In this document: piece by piece, positions 12,480 through 24,699 of the stretch
How positions within the stretch are numbered: position 1 is the stretch's first letter
How the letters are laid out: each line of letters starts with the position of its first letter
Assembly: GCA_003427395.1 (NCBI GenBank)
Contig: BFEA01000002.1
Coordinates: forward strand, 2,829,739 to 2,882,969
Direction: 5' to 3'
Source: Chara braunii
Taxonomy: Eukaryota > Plantae > Charophyceae
DNA length: 53,231 nt
The notes under the pieces: generated by a model
Seen by the model: only the letters and a program-made list of their open reading frames with translations
What the model was told of the DNA's origin: nothing
Database searches by the model: none
Program-made: the position numbers and the translations under genes

Positions 12480-12982
12480 GACGATGAAGTGGGCCCGTGG
12501 CAGGTGTTCCCATCGCCTTTTTGTAGTCAACCATGATTTCCACCGCAGTTGGTTATCCTGGGTCAATGCGCAGAGCCTCTCAGCATTGTCCACCCATAAG
12601 GAGTGGAAGTTAGGAGAGAGGTCACTGCGTTTGATAATTTGATTTCATTAGGCTCAGCTGACAGCATTTGTCTAAGTTCCTTCCAGGATGCATGTGTATT
12701 CGCTGTGATTGTTTCCACGACTGGTGCTCTTGCCTCCATGTACTCGTATATGTGCTGCTTGCGTTCATAAGCACACCTCATTTGCCATGCTGCCACAAGC
12801 ATTGGCAGACATGTATAATTGAACAGGTTCGTCATGAAGGGTGACCGTGGGCAGCTTGTGGAGGTGTTTCTCCCAGCAAGTTAGTCTTGAGGTCCCACGT
12901 TAGATGGATGCCTTAGGTAGTGCCTCGCTGCGTCCCACCAGCTCCACAGTTCGGCCACCATTGGGCAATCCAAGAGGCAATG
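12480..12982 (-). mobile_element. LINE (L1/Tx1-like) ORF2 3' remnant, downstream half of a zf-RVT split by the 12983-15694 insertion
   Basis: Minus strand reads HCLLDCPMVAELWSWWD, then NLFNYTCLPMLVAAWQMRCAYERK. Homologous to the LINE at about 43000-43680. Confidence 0.85.
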
Positions 12983-13928
12983 TGTGACGAACCACTTCCT
13001 GACCCCGTGCTATCTTTCGTACCCCTTGACTCAATTCCCCCTTTTTGTATTATACCGACCCAACAAAGCCCCCGTCGCTTTTCTTGATTTCAGGTGCCTT
13101 GTTTAGGCCCCCAGTTTTCAGAGGTTCTTTTGATTCTTGGAATTCTGCTTTTTGTAATTCGGGAAATGCATGGGAAATTACGCGCGCCTTAGCGAGCACA
13201 CTGGGAATCGGGCTCGACAGTTAGGAATTCCGGAATAAGCAGAATCCGACGTGTCTTTTTCTTTGCATGAATGTTCTCGGTCACGTCGGAGAAAACTCTA
13301 GGAATATTGTGAAAATACGGATAGGCATAGGACTTTCTTTTCCCGCGTCGATTTTCGCGCGCGGATATGGTGATTTCAATTTTTGACTTGGTGTACGGCA
13401 TAGGCAAGCTGTAACTGTTTTGGTGCCTTTTTTGTTGTCGACGCCAAGCATGCGAGCTTCCTTCTCCTTATTTCCCGCGTCATTCTTCTCTCTCCCTTCT
13501 CCCTCTTCTTCTTCTCCTATCGCAACTGTTTTTCCCCCTCTCTGCTTTTTGCGCGCTTGTTTCCCTTCTTGATCATCTGAATCTTGGACCCGTCTCGCGC
13601 TACTTTTCGCGCCTCTTTCCTTCTCGCTCTTCAACCTTGGCTCACGAAACCCGGTTGATCCTTCGATTACCCTCGCTCACCAATCAGACGCGTTGAGCAA
13701 GAGGATTTTTCTGTTGCGCGACGAATCTGATTGGCTGAACATTGAGTTCCGAAGGATCAACATGGCTTCCCTTGTGCACCCCTCGCTGAATCTTCTCCTC
13801 TTACACCTCGATTTCCCCTCTGTCTTCTCCCCCGTCTGTCTTCTTTTTTGCAACTATAAATTCCGCAAGCGCGCCCGCAAAGCTCTCTTACGTTGTCCAC
13901 TCGCAAGCCAGCTTCCGGGAAGCAGTGG

Positions 13929-14818
13929 CTAAGTGATGCGTTTGGTGCGAGTCGAAAAGTCCCGTCGGACTGACTGTGCGCTGGCCGATTGCGTGCTTGA
14001 TTGCCACGACGGACTGTGGGATCCTGGCGAGCCGTGTCGAGCTTGCGTCAGCGGGGTGACGATCGCAGCGGCGGAAGTTAGCATGCGACGGCCGGGATCG
14101 TTGGTGCGGGTACGAGGATCGGTAATTGGAGTTGAGTGGATGATTGGTCCGGGGCCATACTGGAATTTCACGGCGAATGCGCCTTCATGGTTGCGGATTA
14201 TTTTTTTCTGGTGTGAGTTCATGACTGCGAAGCCGAATGTTCCCTTGTCGGATTCCGGTGTCTCCTGTCTCGACATTTCTTGTCTATCTCTCCCATCTGT
14301 CTCTCTCTCCGATTTGAATGACGATGTGTTATGAGTTTGTCTCTCCTGTGAACCGAAGTGAATTCTTGTGATTTCTTGCGAAGAAAAACTTCTTTCGGAA
14401 CTCTTCCATTAGTTTCCTGGGTAATCCCCGGATGTAAAGGAACTCATTCCTCTTGCCTTGTAAACGGTGGATGCGTGTGTACAATCCCCCGATTTATTTC
14501 TGATTTGTGCACCATTGTCATTTTCGCACCTTCCACAGTGGATGTATGTATAAAAATGCTTGTATTTTTGCATTGATTAGACCCATCGCTCGACGGGATT
14601 TTGTTCGAGAATGCAAGAGTGTTTAGATCTGTCATTCTGAATGCACTGCGCATGCCATCTGCCTTATACTGCACGACATCTGCAGACAGTCTATGGGGCA
14701 ACCTCGAAAAAGCCAGGCGCCTCGGGTTTTTGTCGACCTGGTCTGCTGAACTGAGTCGCGGGTTGATCTCTCGAAACTTCAACCCGATTATTGCATGGTT
14801 GTACGAACTCTGTAACAT
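13929..14818 (-). pseudogene. Disrupted ORF of unknown function inside the TG...CA element (pieces 14444-14818 and 13929-14276)
   Basis: AIVTPLTQ is conserved with the copy at about 38920-38946 through third-position changes (ccg ctg acg caa vs cct cta act cag). PRLSSAD aligns to TRLSSLD. One stop and one frameshift separate the pieces. Confidence 0.6.
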
Positions 14819-14922
14819 GCTTCCCCTGTGTCGAAGGGAAGGAAACTACTAGTTAGTTCTTTTTTGATTGTGCTTTTTGATGACATCTCAGAGTTTTTGC
14901 AAACTCATTTTGATTGATTGAT

Positions 14923-15462
14923 ATGTGGACTGACGACCGTACCTCGATCGGGCGCCAACCTCCCGTATCTCCCTCGCCAACGCGCCCCTTCCCTTACAAC
15001 GAGAAAAGGACACGTGTTTGCGAGCGGGACGTACGAGAAGCTGTCGCACGGATCGGCGGACGATATTACTTCCCTCCCGAAAATCGTTGTTCTGGATTCG
15101 TGGATGCGGGCTTTTTCATTGTCGATACGCACTACCCACCCTACTTAGTACGATTGCCATTTAACGAGCTGATCGTCATTCCGTGGACGGCAGTGGCGCC
15201 CCATTGGCCTCGAACCCTGTGCACGGAGTGCCAGCGTCTCGATCGCCACGAATCAAAGGGCTTCCACTACCGGATACGGAGTGAAGACGAGCACAAGGAA
15301 AGAGCCACGCAGCTGAGACCCTCCACGTCGGACTCGGAACTGACCAACGAACGACGTCGGGACTTGATACGGAAACGGGACACGCAGAGTGTACCGAAAC
15401 CCTTCCGCTCTAAACGAAGATCCACAGCGCGGTGGGAAGTTCGACAATACTTTTTAGATTGA
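14923..15462 (+). CDS. Intact 179-aa hypothetical protein inside the TG...CA element
   Basis: ATG to TGA open frame. A frameshifted homolog at 39678-40205 shares MWTD, RPFPYNE, RVC..DVRE, YYFP.E.RC.GFV.AG..IVDTH.PPY, FNELIVIPW.AV..HWP.TL, KGFHY, KERAT.L.P.TSDS. Confidence 0.75.
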   Translation: MWTDDRTSIGRQPPVSPSPTRPFPYNEKRTRVCERDVREAVARIGGRYYFPPENRCSGFVDAGFFIVDTHYPPYLVRLPFNELIVIPWTAVAPHWPRTLCTECQRLDRHESKGFHYRIRSEDEHKERATQLRPSTSDSELTNERRRDLIRKRDTQSVPKPFRSKRRSTARWEVRQYFLD

Positions 15463-15694
15463 ATTTGGATTTCTCTCTTTTCGCGCCGTGCCCGCGCGCG
15501 CATTTCGCGACGCGCGAAAGCAACCGACTTACTTCATCGGGCCAACACGGGGGATTTCAGTTCTGTCTGCGTCCCCACACTCAATTTTCCAAAAATCCTT
15601 GGCACACCCCATCTCGCTGTTTTTCTGGGCCTTCTTTCCGCACCTTTAGCACTCCGAACGGAAGACAGTACAGGGCGTGAGGTTGCGCGTCACA

Positions 15695-16800
15695 AGTGCT
15701 CCAGCGTGGCCTGTTTCTTGGGGGAGGACCTTCCACAGGAGGTACATAATGGAGACAGCACCTCTCGTGTTTCCAGGTTCATTCTGGATGTGAGCCAGTC
15801 CGGTGGCATGCATTTGGTGAATAATCTGCCATTGCAGCGCTCTGAGGTTGGTGGGTCGAATGCGTGAGTATGTGGACCATTTGGGTCTTTGGAGGTCCTC
15901 TCTTTTGAGAGGCAAGTCTTGGGCCCAACAAGCTTTGATCGGGTCTGCGATTTGTACCATCTTATATGCTGTTCTGTATCCGTTCTTTACTGTGTATTGC
16001 CATACCTGATGTCTGCGGTCTCCCCCCATGTCCAATTCCCATTCCTGTGGGTCGAATGGTAGTTGGGTGAGGGGTGTGGCAGTCCCACATGTGTACAGTC
16101 CTCATCGCCATCGTTGAGCACACAAACTCTGGTGAGTCCAGTCAGGGGTCTCTGGTGGTCAAGCTCCTCATCTCTGCGTAGCTTAGACCATCATTCCCCT
16201 AGTAGCTGGGGTCCATAGGCCTGTAGGCATACCAGCTGTGTGTTTATTTCGTCTACGTTGTACACTGTCATCGGGATCAGCCATCCTTCTAATATCGGGA
16301 TAACCCAGTCCCCTTGTCTCACTGTCGGTCCTTCCACCAGTACTTGGCCCAGCTATCGGCCGTGGAAAAAAATAGAGTAGAAACATTTCTAGTCCGACGA
16401 ATTTGGGTGCTCCTGTAGTGGCCCGTATGTTTCCTAAAATCGTGGCCCGTTACCGGGCACGCCTTTAGAAAGTACTGGTGGTTTAAGCTGCAAGAGTCAT
16501 ATGAGCGGGATGGCCTCTTGAAGTTCTTGCAGGCCTTCCTCTAGTTTCCTGATATGGGATATCTGAGGCCGGAGGTCAGTGTATAACCCCTTCTTTACCC
16601 AGGGGAGCCCTCGCGAGTGGGTGTGAAGAGAGAAGGGGTTGCCTGTTCGGTCTAGGAGGTGTGGATTGCCAAATAGGTGGTGACGCCATATTTCCTCCCA
16701 TCTCAGCGGGACAGGTTTTTGGGTCGGGCCTCTTTCTCTCCAGAGTCGGGGGATTGACAGCCACAGGGGATCAGTTCTCAGATCCAATCTGGCAGTGGAT
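15695..16800 (-). mobile_element. LINE ORF2 remnant, upstream part of the same LINE as 12480-12982
   Basis: Minus strand: WRHHLFGNPHLLDRTG...WVKKG, then LRALQWQIIH, then LCTSCGRSSPKKQATLEH (zf-RVT CxxC...H). Confidence 0.82.
16334..16481. mobile_element. Small TIR element inserted in the LINE
   Basis: ccaccagtactt / aagtactggtgg inverted ends and gtggcccgt subterminal repeats. No convincing TSD. A similar element (tagtacct...aggtacta) lies at about 18467-18657. Confidence 0.4.
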
Positions 16801-17234
16801 GTGGTTGTACGGAAGTGAAACTGCAGAAATTTTGGAGAAGAAAATAGTGTAGTTGAAAAGAAAAGGAAAGAAAAGAAAAAAGAAACAGAAAGAAAGGAGA
16901 CAATTCTTTTTTTTTTCTTTTCTTTTCTTTTTGAACTCGTTGATATATTGAAGAAGTTTCTCATTTGTCCATCAGAAGGGACCTCACCTTGTGGAGATGT
17001 CACAAGTGCTAAGGTCTCTGACCATAGATTTTAAATTTGGATGGCCAGAAACAAATATTCCAGATAAGTGGGACCTTGCTTAAGGAGTTTTAAAAGTTAA
17101 AACACAATAGAAACATGTCTGAAGTTCTTAAGACATGTAGTCTCAGAGCACCATGAGCTTTCCAAAACAGCTGCTGAACCTTCACCTTCTAGACATAAAA
17201 AAACAAAAAAAAAGAAAAAAGAAAAAAAAAAGTT

Positions 17235-17357
17235 GACATTGCTTCTTTCTTTCCTGAAAAAGAGGCATTAACCCTTAAACCTTATTGTGTCCATCCGACA
17301 TTGCTTCTTTCTTTCCTGAAAAAGAGGCATTAACCCTTAAACCTTATTGTGTCCATC
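17235..17357. repeat. Exact ~62-bp tandem duplication
   Basis: gacattgcttctttctttcctgaaaaagaggcattaacccttaaaccttattgtgtccatcc occurs twice. Confidence 0.92.
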
Positions 17358-17417
17358 CGATTCCCTCTGCACTCCAACTCATGATCTCAGTCCCGATTCC
17401 CTCTGCATTCCAACTCG

Positions 17418-17453
<36 letters not shown>

Positions 17454-17992
17454 AGGCTCCGTCTATTGGTGGGGAGCAGCACCTTCTGGAAACCCGGTCC
17501 AGGGTCCAACACATGATCTGGTTCTCAACAGTTGCATGGGTGTTGCGTTCAGCCACATAGGTGGCGGTTTTTTTTTTCCAAAAGAAAAAAGGCCAGTGTG
17601 AAGCTGACATTCTTTGCAGAACAGCACAAGCATCCAGGGGCGAGGTCCCACTAGCAAAGAGGATTGGATTGAACGCCTGAATCTGGACTTGTTTGTGGAA
17701 AGGTGCAGAATGTCGTGATTGAAGCCTGATACACTGATGTTATCTGATGGTATCGTAAAAAAGAGAAGAACAAAGAAAGGGTAATGGTGCCCATAGTATA
17801 GAATGGCTAATAGAACGCCGAGAATTGGGAAAGAAAAGGGGTGCGGCGTGGGGGGGGGAAGGAAGAAAGAAAACGTTTCTTTTCTAGGAAGATGCAGAGA
17901 TTCACTGGGGAGCTTCCCCAATGTAGCAATGAAAGAGCAGTTATCAGGGACCTTCCCCATCGTCTGAAAAAGAGAGGAGAACTCAGAACCCT

Positions 17993-18027
<35 letters not shown>

Positions 18028-18163
18028 NTGCCTGAATATTTCTTCCCACCTTTATGGTACTGGTCGCAGTGGGGGAAGAAGTTTCCTCCATGTGCGTATA
18101 AGGCGCACCCACTGTCTGTCGGTTGGGTCCCCATTCCTATATTTCCTTGGTATCCTCCAGTAC

Positions 18164-18201
18164 CTGTCTCTTATACACATCTAGATGTGTATAAGAGACA
18201 G
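18164..18201. other. Nextera mate-pair junction adapter (two Tn5 mosaic ends); sequencing/assembly artefact
   Basis: Exact ctgtctcttatacacatct + agatgtgtataagagacag. Confidence 0.99.
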
Positions 18202-18212
18202 GGGAGGGACTG

Positions 18213-18249
<37 letters not shown>

Positions 18250-19559
18250 AACCCGAGGGGATGCTAGGGGTGTTTGTAGGAGGAGGCACCACTAGCACTT
18301 CCGGGAAGTCTCCGACTATTGGTGGGAGCAGCATCTGCTGGAAAGCGGGTCCAGCATCCCTGAACACTGGAGAACCCTCCATTGTGTTTTTTTTTTTTTT
18401 TTTTTTTTTTTCTTGGCCTGAAAGGCTGTCCTATCCAGATTTGACAGGTAATTGAATTGTTGGGCTTAGTACCTCACCCAGTGTTGGGAAATTAGGGAAA
18501 ACTGGCAGTTTTCCCAAACTCCTTAAAATTCGGAGGCCGGGCCCGACAACGGCTGCCATTGATAAATCTGATCGGCGGCGGTTGTTTCGTTTCGGCCATC
18601 CGAAAAGGTCGGAGGCCCACCCGAGGCCCGCTATTTTCCCACGCGGCAAAGGTACTAGTGGTTTAGACTAAAAAAAGACTAAAAAAAAGCAAAAACAACA
18701 ACATAGTACCTGGATTGGTAGGAGCATGCCTGATATGTGAGGCTCTCTTTGCGACGACTGCTGTCTATTGGTGGGGAGCGACACCTCCTGGAATACAGTC
18801 CAGCACCAAAGACAGATGGAGTGTGAAAACACTGAGAAGTAGTTTTTCTTGTTTTTCTGAGAAACATCCTGTGTGAATGAGGCCTTTATTCCGTCTTTTT
18901 TTTTTTGTACATACTCACGAGACTCCCATCCTACCACCCCTCTCGACGATAGACCCCCACTCCTCTTTTTTTTTTTCCCCCCTTTAATTTTAAACACCCC
19001 CCGCAGTGCTAGTGTTGCTGGTAAGAGCAGACAGCACTAGCACCCAGGGAGAGACTCCATCTATTGGTGGGGAGCATCACCTGCTGGAAAACGGGTCCAG
19101 CGTCCCTTATCCACAGAATGAATCAGGATAATGTCAGGAAAAGCAACTGAGAAAGACACCTGCCAGAGGGAACCTCTTCACCCTATGTCACGTGCCAGAT
19201 ATGCTGCTACTACACACTGGTTCCTTCCCCCTTCTGCTATCCCAATCCCCTTGTCATTCTAATCACCCTTTGTCCGTTTCTACTCCTGACCGAACCATTG
19301 TACTTCCACTATTGCTGTGGCTGCCGGGGGAAACATATCTGGAAACTCCTCGGGTCTCTTCATCGGAATGTTGGAGTCGACCTGCAGACAATCCTTGAAC
19401 CTGAGGTTGTAGTCCTTGGTGAGGGTGCCACCTCCCCCCTCATCCCCCTTCTCCCCAGGCCATTCGACCTGTGCGATCTTGCTGCCCGTCCCCCACCAGC
19501 CAATCTGCGCAGAATGTTTGTATTTCCTCGACGATATCTGCTTTTGTGTGAAGTGTTCC

Positions 19560-22500
19560 ATTTTTTTTTTTTTTTAAGGCCCATGTGCAAGGCCTCTATC
19601 CTGGTGGTGGTAAGAGAACCACCGAGATTGAGGCTTTGCCTGGCGGGCCGCTCCATCTATTGGTGGGGAGCATCACCTGCTGGAAACCGGGTCCAGCGTC
19701 CCTTGAATACATCAATGTAATACAGTACATCGTTGAAGGTGGCGCCTTTGTGCTGGAAACCGGGTCCAGCGTCCCATATCCAATCCATACTTCCAATCCT
19801 AACCTGCGGCAAGGCCGGGCGATGGGGGGGGGAGAGTCACTCGGGGGCACCAGTGGAGTCTCTCTCCATCCCCCGGCCCCTACCATCTACCAACTATCCT
19901 CAAGGCGCTTGACCAGCAAAATCAGCTGTGAAGCAGTGAAACTAGAGCAGAGAGAAAGTAGAAAAAGAAGCAGAAAAAGAAACAACTGCTACAAGTATAA
20001 TATGCGGCAAAAATCAGCAGTGAGACATCAAAGACAGAGCCGACAAAACCAGAACCAGAAAGAACCAATATGCCATCCACCGCCCAGGCTTATGACAATG
20101 ACAGTGCTTCTACCAAGGACAGCGGGTGGGGGGGGAAGGGGTCTGCGAAGTCCTGAGCTGGTCGTAGCTGGTCGTCGGGGTCCACCTTGATCCAGTCGTG
20201 AAAAGTCAATTGGTAATCTCTTGCTATTCCTTCTCGAAGTTCCTCTTGTGGTTCCTCTTCAGGTCGACAATCCCCGGACCATTTTACCTCAGCCACCCAT
20301 CCCTCTCTCTCCCCACCCAGCCAGTCTCTACAGAAACGGGATATAATCTTGTTCATGTCCCCCCAAGTGTGTGACTGATCAAGTCTGTCCTTAGCTGATT
20401 TCAATTGGGATGCAATTTCATGTTGGACCAATGTTTGCACTTGTTCCATAATTTCCCCGTCATCTACACCTGCCCTCTCTATCTCAAGGATACATCGTCT
20501 CCACCATATGGTCCATAGAATGCTTCGCCTGCCCAATTTGAACATATTTTCCACGAATGCATTTTCCGGGAGTTGAGGGTAATATCCTAGGAGTATGCCC
20601 CTCCAATCCCAGGGCCATGCCGCGCCGGGCACAATATGTCGCCAGATCCGGTCCCAGCTTCTCCATAGCAGTACTGACGCGGGACATTGGAGAAAGATAT
20701 GTTCAATGGTCTCCGCTCGTATCATCCCGGGGAAGCCCTTAAGGCATTTGTAGCACCATGGCAATGCTTTCCCTTGTTGCTCTAAAGACGTGTGGTCTAT
20801 CATCCAGTCATTGGTTGGTAGACATCTGTGTTCTATTTGCCACTGAAGGGCTGAGATTTTGGCGAGTCTGCAGTTATAGTGGCCAAACCATCCGATAGGT
20901 TTGAGCAAACCGCGGTCTATGTTAAGATGACGATACCATCTGTCTTCCACTTGGTCCCGCAGTCTGCGTTTAGGTCTGAGCATCTGGTAAGCTGATTTAG
21001 TTTTAAGGCTAAGAAGTGTCAGCGTGTTTGCTTCTTTTTTCCTGGCCCAGTTGTCTTGACTCCATCGCCACTCGTCTGGGTCTAATGGGAGGTCCTCGAT
21101 CGGGATCATAGGGCGGTACGCCCTCTGGAAGCATCCCTCCTCCATGACCCTGATGCGGTACACCCCCTTTCGCTCTTTCCATGTGAAGGGTTGTTGATTC
21201 CACTGTAATCTATCGTCCTTTTGGATGGAGAAAACTTCAAGTAGCACATGTGATGGACTCGTAATGTGCACACGCCCCACCTCCCTCTCCAGGTCAGGTA
21301 TCCCCACCCAGTCACCTTCCTTTATGCAGGGGCCTTTTCTGAGGGTGGTGTACTAATGAAGTGGGAAGCTCTCAATAAGCTCGTTGAATGCTTCCTCGGT
21401 GTGATGACAGTACCGCAACCATGTGCGTATCCTCTCTATGCTCTTCCAACTTCCCGTCTCTTTATCCCAAAGGTCCCCAACCCTTCGCAACCCATGTTTC
21501 ACCCAACCTTTCCATAGGGCATCTGAGTTGTTCCACACACGCCCCCTAAAGTCTGTTATTAAGCGGTTGCCGAAAAGGGGTTGCCTGAATATTTCTTCCC
21601 ACCTTTATGGTACTGGTCGCAGTGGGGGAAGAAGTTTCCTCCATGTGCGTATAAGGCGCACCCACTGTCTGTCGGTCAGGTCCCCATTCCTATATTTCCT
21701 TGGTATCCTCCAGTACCTATCTTCAAGCCATATACGTGGATCAGTTTCTGGTGGGGTTTCTGGGGCCAGGTCAGAGATTTGTGCCAGGGCTAGTGGGACC
21801 CACGGGGACGATGAAGAGAAAACAATCTGTTGTAGCCAGCCGATTGTGAGGGTCTGACATTGTGTGGCCGGGTCTACAATTCCAAGTCCTCCTCTACTTA
21901 TGGGTTGAATCACGGAGTCCCATGCCACCATGCTTATGGCGTGAGCTTTGTCACTGTCGCCTCTCCAGAGGAAAGCCGCCAGTTGCTGTTTTAGAGCCTT
22001 AAGGCCTCCTTCACTTAAGGGTCATAGAATGACCTTGTACCAGAGGGTGGCCAGGACCACGTTATTGATGACAAGTGCCCGCCCGAAGATCGAAGTACAT
22101 TTGTTGTTCCATTTCTCCAATTTGTTCTGTGCTGGTCCGACCAACCATTCGTCATTCGATGTTGGTTTCCCACTTGCTGTGATTAATGCCCCCAGGATTC
22201 TCAGGGGATCGTCATGGGGGAGCCATGTGATTTGTGGGTGTTCCGGGGGTCTTCCTCCTTGGTGATGCATCCACCATCCTACAGTCTTCTGACCCCAATT
22301 TATCGACATATCTGATAGCTGTCAGAATCTGTCCATGAGCCGCTGGATTTATTCCATATTGGATTATGTTGCTTCTGTCATTATCGTAAGGTCGTCTGCG
22401 AACAGAGAGCAGATTGGGATCGCCTCCTCGTGAATATTAGATATCTTGGGTCGTCTACGAACAGGGAGCAGATTGGGATCGCCTCCTCGGGAATATTAGA

Positions 22501-23140
22501 TATCTTGATGCGAGTAAGGTCTTTGTTTTGACGAAGGTTAGCAGACAGTGCTTCCATTATCACCAAGAAGAGATAGGGGGCAATGGGGTCCCCTTGCCTC
22601 ATTGATCGTTGAAGTTCAAAAGGCGGTGCTACTGACCCATTAACCTGAACACAGGTAGAGGCATGGTTGTGGAGGTGGGTCCGAAGTTCATTTTTTCCAA
22701 ACATCTGTCTAAAAAATCCTAATCTACGTGGTCATAGACTTTTTCAAAGTCTATGAAAATAATGGCTGCATTGGCCCGATTTCGGCGCGCTAGTTGGACC
22801 ACGTCGTTGACAAGCAGGATGTTCTCTTGTATATTCCTACCGGACATAAATCCTGTTTGTGTTGGTTGTATGACGTCCTCCAGAACTGATACCATACGGT
22901 TAGTCAGTGCCTTGGAAAACATTTTATAGACGACTGTGAGCAGTGTTATAGGTCTGTAATTTTTTATGTTCATTTTATCACCTTTTTTGTATTGAAGAGA
23001 TAGCACACCTTTCCCTACAGTTTCCCCCATTTCCCCGGCCTCCCAGACGCCCTGATAATATTCCTACAGATCAGTACTTAGATCTGTCTATGTGGCTTCC
23101 CAGAATTCCTTGGGGAAGCCGTCTATACCAGGAGTTTTCT
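19560..23140 (-). mobile_element. 5'-truncated L1/Tx1-clade LINE: RT, zf-RVT, 3' UTR and poly(A)
   Basis: NYRPITLL, QTGFMSGRNI, FIDFEKVYDHVD (22719-23030). SMRQGDPIAPYLF and LF(A/V)DD (22381-22704). FGRALVINN, GGLGIVD. CYKC...ETIEHIFLQC in the 405-aa ORF 20090-21307. Poly(T) on the + strand at 19559-19575. Confidence 0.95.
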
Positions 23141-24180
23141 CTTCCTTCATTTGGAGGAGTGCTGACCATATCTCTTCTTTCCTTAGTTCACTCTCTCCAT
23201 TTTGCTCTGAACCCTTTTCCATTGTATCCTTATTTCTGTTTCGATAAATTGCCTGACAATGTCAGCTGGTTCCCCTTCCCCCATTCTGCCCCCTTCCTGG
23301 TCGAAAACACACCTTACCACCGCCTTTCTGACAGTGGAAAAAAGGTTATTGGCATAGTGGGATGCTTGTGGTCTATGCCACTCACCTAATAGTGTTGTCT
23401 CCCGATGCCAAGACCATGCCTCCTCGGTTCCTAGTTGTGACCAGATGCGGTCCCACCATCGCCACATCAGTACATCCCCTGGGCATTGGAGGAAGATGTG
23501 TTCTATTGTCTCACATATTCTTTGACTTGGGAAACCTGCATAGCAGGATTTGCACCATGGGAGAGCGTCCCCCCTTTCCAGGTTCGTTCTGTCGATTATC
23601 CAGTTGTTTGTGGGGAGGCACCTATGACTGATTTGCCATTGCAGGGAGGCGAACTTCGCTGGTATCTTTTTCACGCCCTTGAACCATTGTCGGCTTCTAA
23701 TCTGATCGTTACCTAAGTTTAAGTGTCTCTTCCAGCTGTCCCTTATCCCTGCCCATACATCCACCCTGGGTCTAATCATCCTATAGGTGGTTCTTACTGA
23801 CAGTTCAACAAGTTGCACTGGTTGCCCTTGCCGGCCCTCTCCCATTGTCATTTGAGTGGGTCCAGGGCTAAGCAAGACAGGGGGGGTTGCGGTCGGTAGA
23901 CTTGCCATTGAGTCCTTCCCTCCTTGAGGCACTGCAACACCTGGATTCGGTAAAAGTTGGTTTTGTCATGCCACTGGACCGAGTCTAGGTGGTATCTGAC
24001 CAATGTGTCGTCCCCTCTTCTCTCAAAAAGGTTGATCATCGCCCCTTTCGTTTCGACTTCCACTACGAAACCTAATTGTAGGGGGAGCTCCTCTACCCTG
24101 ACCGCTACCCAATCCTGTTCCTGAAATAACGGTCCTTTCCTCAGGATTACCACCCAAGCTAGGGGAGTCGATAATATCAA
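23141..24180 (-). mobile_element. Fragment of a related LINE (ORF2 C-terminal / zf-RVT region)
   Basis: SLQWQISHRCLPTNNW...PWCKSC...ETIEHIFLQCP is clearly paralogous to 20090-21307. The upstream continuation probably lies at 26105-26330. Confidence 0.9.
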
Positions 24181-24699
24181 TTGTTCTAGAGCGTCCGCCA
24201 GCTTGCGAACGTGGGGAAGGCAGGGTCTGAGTTTTGCTTTTTTTCATTTTGTTTTTTTTTCCTTTGTTTGTCTGCTACATGCCTTCACCGAGAGCACACA
24301 TGAAAACAAAAGTTTCACTACATGATAAACCCCGATTCAACCCCAAATTCGCCTATACAACACACATGAAAACAAAAGTTTCACTACACGATAAAATTTT
24401 CTGGAGTGAAGTGCAACCTCCTGGCTGCGTACAAAACGTCCAGACATGGGACCTAGCCCCCCCCCCCAATGGCGCACCGAGAAGTGTCTAAGAATTGTTA
24501 CACCCAAGAGTTATCGAGAAACAGATCGATGGTCGAATCCATATACCTCCACAAGAGTTGTAGCATCACAAGTTTCCTCCAACAACAATGTTCGGTCACC
24601 CCTCATCATCATGATGAGGGACTGATACAAGCCTTGCTCTTGCATCGTTGCTATGGTGTAAACATATCTCGAGGGGTGGGAAAAGTTTCATGTCTCGTT

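Larger units (their letters stand above)
12983..15694. mobile_element. 2712-bp TG...CA element (solo LTR-like) with 4-bp TSD
   Basis: Termini tgtgacg / cgtcaca. Flanks aatg (12979-12982) and agtg (15695-15698). Removing the element and one TSD copy restores the in-frame LINE peptide ATLEHCLLDCPM. Confidence 0.88.

Noticed and set aside
18164-18201. Perfect 38-bp palindrome as a biological Tn5 element or terminator
   Set aside because: Identical to the Nextera mate-pair junction adapter.
17455-19775. Recurrent ~50-bp motif resembling a CRISPR array
   Set aside because: Spacing is irregular (100-850 bp), copies are diverged and tied to poly(A) tails, no cas genes are present, and the context is eukaryotic.
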